Position numbers and translations under genes: made by a program
The notes under the pieces: generated by a model
What the model saw: the letters and a program-made list of their open reading frames with translations, nothing else
Databases searched by the model: none
Told to the model about the DNA's origin: nothing
Origin: the human T2T-CHM13v2.0 reference genome, Homo sapiens
Strand: one strand, 5' to 3'
DNA length: 64,000 bases
NCBI RefSeq assembly: GCF_009914755.1
Contig: NC_060933.1
Shown: one piece after another, positions 56,777 through 64,000 of the stretch
Numbering within the stretch: position 1 is the first letter of the stretch
How the letters are laid out: each line of letters begins with the position of its first letter

Positions 56777-58239
56777 ATTCAACACTGAAGCACCTAAATA
56801 AATAAAGCAAATACTAATAGAACTGAAGGGAGAAATAGATAACAACATAAGAATAGTAGGGAACTTCCATACCCCACTTTCCAACAACAGATAAATCATC
56901 TAGACAGAAAATCAATGAGGAGATATGGATGCAAATAACATTATAGACCAAATGGACCTAGAATACAGGTACAGAATATTCCATCCAAAAGCAGATGAAT
57001 ATGCATTCTTCTCAAAAACACATAAATATTCTCCAAGATAGATTATATGTTGGACCATAAAACTGGTCTAACAAATTTAAGAAAATTGAAATCATTTCAA
57101 GTATATTTTTCAACCACAAAGGAATGAAACTAGAAATCAATAGCAGGATGAAAATTGGAAAATTTACAAATATGTAGAGATTAAAAACTAAACCCCTTAG
57201 CAACAAATTCATCCTAAAAGAAATCAAAGAGGAAATCTAAAAGTACCTCAAGACAAATAAAATTGGAATTACAACATACCAAAACTTACAGGATGCAACA
57301 AAAGCAGTTCTGAGATGGCAGCTTTTAGTGATAAATATCTACTTTATGAAAAAAGAAGAATCTCAAGCTCACAACCTAACTTAACACCTCAGAGAACTGG
57401 AAAAAGAAGAGGAGACTAAGCCCAAAATTAGCAGAAGGAAGGAAATAATAAAGATAAGAGCATAAATAAATAAAGACTTGAAAGGCAATAGAAATTATCA
57501 AAACAGAGTTTTCTTTTTAAAGATAAACAAAATTGACAAAACTTTATATTGACTAACCAAGAAAAAAAGAGAGCACTCAGATAAATAAAAATGTAAATGA
57601 AAGAAGCATTTAAAACTGATACCACAGAAATAAAGCATCATAAAACTATGAGCAATCATATGCAAATAAATTGGATAAACTAGAATAGATAGACAAATTT
57701 CTAGAAGTATACCACTTACTAAGAATAAGTAATGAAGAAATAGAAAACATGAACAGACTAATAATTAGTAAGTATATCAATAATCAAAAACTTTCCAATA
57801 AAGAAAAGCCCAGGACAAGATAGTGTCACTGGTGAATTCTACCAAGCATTAAAGGAGAACTAATGCCAATCCTTCTCAAACTTCTCAAACCACACATAGA
57901 ATTACAGAAAGTATTTTTCTATGAACAAAATAGTATGCAAAGTCAGACACATATGCCTTAAGTTCTACAGCTATCTCCAAGTTCTTCTTTCCTCCAGGTT
58001 TCTGTACCATTAGATTTTTACAAAATTTACAAATAAAGTCAATATCTCTAGACAACAAGAGTAATTTGGAAGTAAACAAACCAGATGGGATTTAAATGGA
58101 CCCCATCTCATAAAATCAGAATGCACTTCTTTCTGAAAAGTATTCACAATATAAACAATTGTTAAGCAAACCAGAGAAGAAATAACTGCTAGTAGACAGA
58201 GAATGTAAAATGGTAGACAAGTCCATATCTTCTTAAATG

Positions 58240-58440
58240 AGATTGTATAGGATAGAATCTGGGCTCTATAATTGAATAACTGAAATTTTGAACAAGTTTA
58301 ACTCCTTGAGTCTCTATTTTCTCTAAAATGAGAAACCATCTAAGATTATGTTCAGAATTAAATAGGTTTATGTACATAAATCTGTTAGAACAGTATCTGG
58401 CTGGAATAAGCATTATGCAATGTTTCCTTGTGGTGGTAGT
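58240..58440 (+). mobile_element. MIR
   Basis: GAACAAGTTTAACTCCTTGAGTCTCTATTTTCTCTAAAATGAG..TAGAACAGTATCTGGC. Confidence 0.6.
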
Positions 58441-60330
58441 AGTGGCAGTACTTGTTATAGTAGTAATATATTGAGTATGAGGATTACAGTTAGCCATCCA
58501 TACACAGACTCAAAGCCTTGCTCTTCTGTATACTAGTGTGAACTCCTCAGAACATTATAGATCCATTTTTAATTTTTTAATTTTTTTATATAACAATAAT
58601 CATATCTATTGATACTTTGAAATGATTAAATGAGAAAATAATTATAAATGCTTGGCATAGAGAAACCTCTAAATACTGTTTACCATAATCATCACCATTA
58701 TAATTATTATTAATTAACAAGAACTTGATGCCTCAACTAAAAGACATAATTTTCATCTAAAATATTAGAAATTAGAGAATTAAACCAGGATATTGCAAAG
58801 AATCACAAAATAATTTAATGTACTTTTCTTTAAGAACAGAAACTGTATTGGTAGAATATTTTCTACTGTCATGTTGAGAAAAACAAAATAAATTCAATTT
58901 TGGCTAATGAACTTGAAAAGTAAAATACACATTATATGACACAGTATCTTTAAAATTTTTTAAATATTTCTTAATTCTGTGCAAAAAAGCAGAAACCCAT
59001 GGACTTGACTGTCTATTCAAATTCCTGTGCTGCAGAGGACTTATGTTACTGAAAGAATTCAACCTCAGTAGCTGACTTTATCTCTAATTCACAAGAAATT
59101 TTATTAGGATCATGGTACAATGTAAAGAGGATTGTATTGTAATTAGTAACCCTGAGTTTTAGTATTATTTTGTTTTTTGTTTTTTATTGCTGATCTAAAC
59201 TTGAGCAATTTAACTCTTTTAAACTCCAGTTTCCTAGTCTAAAATAACAGTACCTATGCCATAAGCCTGCATGGAAAAGAACAGTATGATGACATAAGAA
59301 AAAATAATGACAGAAGAAAACTATTATGGTCGTTATTCAGAATATATGCATTTAGGTATGCATTCATTCGCTCATCCATTCAACCCACACTTTAAGGCCT
59401 TATTTACAATAAATTTGGAATCGCTTATAGAAATTAAAACTAAATATTTTTAGTTTTACATTAAATTGGGGGAAATAGAAATGTAGATCAGAAATATAGG
59501 TTGAGTTGGGGAGAGATGAACAATACACAACTGAAGAAGTCTTAAGAGCTTACATAAATCGTGTAGCTGAGTCATATATTTTACTCTGTTTCCTGAAAGT
59601 CAAAGTAAAAAAGGGAAGCGTATTTAGCTACATGGTTCTAATTAGTCATTCCAAACAACTGTGTTATTTTCTTTTCTTGCAGTTGCTCTAAAATCATTTT
59701 ACTTTTTTACAGGGCCCATCAAAAAAGGGGTAGGCACTTAGCTACATAGGAGATAATGAGCAATGGGTCATCACCTGACAGGATACAGCAGGAAAACATT
59801 TTGTAGTAACTCTTCCAGAAATCTACCATCTCACTAAAATGCAAACTATTGAATGAAGTTATACAAGGCTCCAAAACTAGATGGCCCAACATTTTCCTTT
59901 TCACTGATATAGCTTGATCCAATAACTCATAGATTATCTAGAGAGATAGAGGATCTACATGTTTTTAATATAACTCCCCACAACTATCACCTTTCCAGTG
60001 AGGCTTTCAGTAACAGTTGGACTACAGACACTTTGACGTGTACTACCTGAGATGGGCATTAATGCCTGGAGTACAAAAAGTCTGATTTGTTGTGTTTGGC
60101 CAAATTCAGATGCTGTAGAGTTCAAAAAGATATATAGGAGTTTAGAAAATGCTACAAGATTCCTAATATGATTATATATACCTTAAAATAAGTGGCTTAA
60201 AAACAGGGGATAATTTTATAACCTACAAACAATATAAGCATCAAATTTATCCATGCCTTGGAAGTGTCATCTACTAGGAAACCAGAGTTCTTACGATACA
60301 GTTGATTACTTGAGAGACTGAGTGAAAATT

Positions 60331-60333
60331 ATA

Positions 60334-60392
<59 letters not shown>

Positions 60393-60425
60393 ATATATAC
60401 ACACACACACATATATACACACACA
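60331..60425. repeat. Compound (TG)n(TA)23..(CA)n microsatellite
   Basis: Read directly. The pure TA run spans 60342-60388. Confidence 0.95.
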
Positions 60426-61350
60426 TTACCAATAAATCACTCAACAAAGGGATGTATTATTCTTAAATAATAACTATTACTTTTCTCTTGATTCCTGTGC
60501 CTTCATTACCTTGCCATGATCAAATACTGCTTCTTGCCCTACAATTGAAAATAAAAGAGAACATCTGGTGATTTAGAGAAAAAAAATACTGAAGAAGAAC
60601 AAATGGGAAAGGCAAGTTAGATTTCTGCTTCTCCTATACGTATCTGTATGACTTTGGATAAGCCGATTACTTGAATTTTACTTTCTTCATAAAAAATTAG
60701 GACTTTGGATTATATTATACCCCAATTTTTTTCTAGATTTAACATTCCATGAGTTACTAATCTTTTGAAGAGTTAACATAGGTTCACGAGTAAGGCTGAG
60801 GACAAAAGGATGAAGATATATTTAGAAGGCATGATTTGAAAACAGAGCATTTAAAAGACTTACTAAAAATCTTAGCAAAGAAGACAGTTTGAGTTTTAAA
60901 AACATTGTATGGATGCAATAATGAAATTATAAGTAAACATCAAAATCATATCCAAGAATTATGATATTTATAACCTGATTTATGTTTAATGTCAGTTTAA
61001 GACAGCTATTTCAATTGTTTTGAATGTAGTGTTTGATGAGGTCAAGGCTGAGTTCAGTCTAAACAAAATCCAGTTAGTTAGTTCCAAAACTAGTAAGTAG
61101 ATACTCTTGATTTAAGGGCAGCCACTGTGGAAGCCACAGCAGGTACTGGACAAAGTGTGAAGAAACCAAGGCAAGTTATTTCAAGTCAAAACAAGTCAGT
61201 CTGTGACTATGAATGCCTTCATGCTAGTGATATTACTGCCTGTACATTAAGGAATATTTAAGGTATAATTAATATATAATCAACATAGAAAAGACTATGA
61301 TAGTTTGCAAGGACGTAATTTCATATGGAATATTTGGGCAAAACATACTT

Positions 61351-61690
61351 TGTGACAGATTGCAAAAAAAAAAAAAAAAAAAGGCCACAAATTCTTCCCA
61401 TTTTTAATGCATCCCCTTTGCAATGTGACTTAGTTGCTCTTCCTTATAAAGCTGTGGCATCTTTCCCTCTACCTTTCTATCTGGGCTTGATTATCTGATT
61501 TAGGTTTGCACATTAGCAAATCTGAAATTAGAGACTTATAAAGGACCTGTGAATCGAGGCTTGTTCCCTGTTGCTGTTTTGGGACCCCAGAGCCAGAAGA
61601 TGAAGAACCAATGCTGGCCTGGTAGTGCTGAAGACATGTGCCTGGTTTCTCTCATTGCCCCAGGCAACCACAACTCATATCAGTGAAGTC
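61351..61690 (+). mobile_element. MLT1F/G-like LTR fragment with an internal poly(A) expansion
   Basis: TGTGACAGATTGCAAA..GGCCACAAATTCTTCC..CCCTTTGCAATGTGACTT. Confidence 0.65.
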
Positions 61691-63453
61691 CTTCAGAGCA
61701 GGACCAAGGAGCACCCAGACAATCAAGAATAAAGAATAGAGGAATCAAGGACAAGCACTTAATATGGCACAGGCTAGATGAGCAGATAATCTGAGAATTG
61801 TAAAAACAAACACGCTCTATTAAAATGTGTATAAATCATCTTAATTCAATTATGACTTCATTAGTAGCATATCTTTTACCAAAGAAAAAGAAAGAGTTAT
61901 TGTACAGACTAAGTAATCAGCAAATTAATCTTAATATTTTGTTGTAATTTTGGCCACTTAGGCAAGTCATTTAATATTCAAAGCCTCACCTGCTAACTTA
62001 TCTCCTGGCCACAAATCTTGACCTTGAAATCAGAATCTACAAAGACTACCAGAAAGGTCCACTTACAATTAAATCCGATCATGATCATCCTCAGGTTAAA
62101 AAAAAAAGTCTGGTTCCTTATTGTTGACAATATAGGTATGAATTTTTGGTTTTAGCCTTAACAAGCTTTGATTAGGTAAAATATTAGTTGCCAATATAAA
62201 TGAAAAACAACAAGCAGAAACTGAGCTGCTGTATTTGAATAAGAGGTGGGGCTAGAAGGCAACTATTTTGTTGATATCTTTGGAGAGGTTACAAAAGGCA
62301 TGATTTGAACAAAAAGAAAAGGCAATAAATTAAATTTCAAGATCTTTAACATGCCAGTAGGTTTTAAGCTCCTCTACAGCCTCATCTCTAGCAACTTTTT
62401 GTCTTGCATTTTACATTTCAGTAATGCCAAACTACTTGTAGCTCCTGAAAGGTAGCATGTCACTTCAGACCTCCATTTCTCTGCCTTTGCTGTATTGATT
62501 CATCCAACTGAATAATCTTTCTCTGTTTTAGAGTAGTTCCTATTTGTTTTTTAAGGTCAACTTTAGGTGTATTCTCCTAAGAATCTTTCCCTAACTCTAG
62601 ATGGCTTACATGAATCCCTATAAATCTGAGCCAGACCTATGCTTTCAAGTTACCTTTTTACATATATATCCTTAAGAGCAAGGGCGTGTGCTACCGATTC
62701 CTAGTCTGTGGAAGATTTTATGTGATACATAAATGTCTGAGACTACAACTCTGAGTTAGAGCAAGGCAAGTATTTTAAGTCAATAAAGTGACCTGAGAAG
62801 TTTGGCGGAATAAAAATTTTATCACAAAATATCTACTGTCCCTGCTTTTGCCAACCTATCATTTTTAAAAGTGCATGTATCTTAGAGATGTATTCTTTTA
62901 ATAACCAAATTTATTGGTCTATAAGGGTCCATTGTGCCACTGGAAGGAGGAATAATTTAAATATTCCTTGATATTTTAATTTGTTTTCATTTACCAGATC
63001 TTTCTGAAAATATTAAAATAAAGCTGGAATGACATAAATAGATGGGAGAGGGAATTAAATGGCTGTGAGGAGAAAAGTATATATTCCAAAGATGAACAAA
63101 TATTATTTGATATTAACATTCATTTAGAAATAATCTACTGGTTATGCAATATATATCAGAATGACTATAAAATGGTTAAATAGTTGAATTTTGCATACTT
63201 GCAAGCACAGGTGACTCAAATTTATGTTACACAGACAATATCATGGTAACTATGTTTCAGCCTGTGGGATGGAGAAGGGAATTTATTTTCAGCATGAAAT
63301 TTAGAATTTATGATTCTTGCAACAGGGAGAATATTATAAAATCCCCCCATATGTGGCCAAGAACATAGAATGTATGTTCAAGGGCACCAAATGTAGGATG
63401 TATGTTCAGAGTATGCTCAAATATTTTTCAGTTATATAAGAGGAGGAGCCGAC

Positions 63454-63751
63454 TTTTTTTTTCTTTCTTTCTTTTTCTAGACAGTCTGACTTTGTCGTCC
63501 AGGCTGGAGTGCAGTGGCACGATCTCAGCTCACTGCAATCTTTACTTCCTGGGTTCAAGGGGTTATTGTGCCTCAGCCTCCAGGAGCTGGGATTACGGGC
63601 ACTACCACGCCTGGATAATTTTTGTATTTTTAGCAGAGATGCAGTTTCACCATGTTGGCCAAGCTGTTCTCAAGCTTCTGACCTCAAGTGACCTGCGTGC
63701 CTCAGCCTCCCAAAGTGCTGGGATTACAGACGTGAGCCATGGTGCCCGGCC
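63454..63751 (-). mobile_element. AluS (Sz-like)
   Basis: T-rich tail, CCAGGCTGGAGTGCAGTGGCACGATCTCAGCTCACTGC..CTGACCTCAAGTGA..GCCCGGCC. Confidence 0.93.
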
Positions 63752-64000
63752 AAAGCTGACATTTTCAAAGTACATTTTGAAGAAAGTAGACTTCACTGGT
63801 AAATTAATTCTCCGTTAAATGAAGACTTGGAATTATTGCAGAATACAGTTTTAAGTAGAAACAGGAACCTTGATTGACATACTGAACTAATTCTCCAACT
63901 GCAAACTGCTATGATACTGGAGTATCCTGAAATAAAATGAAGAGATACCGCAGAATTTGGATAATACAATTGTAATATAAATCTGGAATGTATTGAAACA

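Larger units (their letters stand above)
52698..57885 (+). mobile_element. L1MA/L1M3-like element: 5' UTR, ORF1 (about 53630-54560), inter-ORF and ORF2 5' part (from 56383), 3'-truncated
   Basis: ORF 54144 (MAENFSNL..HIIIKLSKDKEEILKAARAK) is L1 ORF1p. AATGTAAATGGATTAAATTCTCAATC starts the endonuclease region. It ends at GCCAATCCTTCTCAAAC. Confidence 0.85.

Noticed and set aside
63402-63818. 138-aa ORF (also 41874-42128, 42547-42816 and 26511-26735)
   Set aside because: These are antisense Alu translations ([31 protein letters not shown]).

Overview
This is AT-rich, CpG-poor primate (human-like) genomic DNA dominated by interspersed repeats. I can support no intact protein-coding gene, RNA gene, CRISPR array or prokaryote-type system. 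The window opens in the 3' part of a processed CLIC4 pseudogene: an intronless C-terminal CDS with two frameshifts, followed by a 3' UTR carrying an AluS insertion. The rest is layered L1 (ancient L1M/L1MC/L1MA and primate L1PA), Alu, MaLR LTR, L2, MIR and DNA-transposon fossils, many nested and with readable target-site duplications (TSDs). All ORFs of 130 aa or more are L1- or Alu-derived. Points worth a second look are three 5'-inverted L1s, one of which creates a chimeric 297-codon ORF; a 140-bp TSD-less L1 fragment next to a young L1; a two-LTR ancient MaLR provirus; and a non-repetitive island near 44.8 kb with splice-like signals, a strong-Kozak ATG, a hairpin and a RORE motif. I did not find convincing evidence of a novel biological system. 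Subfamily labels come from recalled consensus motifs and need RepeatMasker/Dfam confirmation, and boundaries of old elements are approximate.
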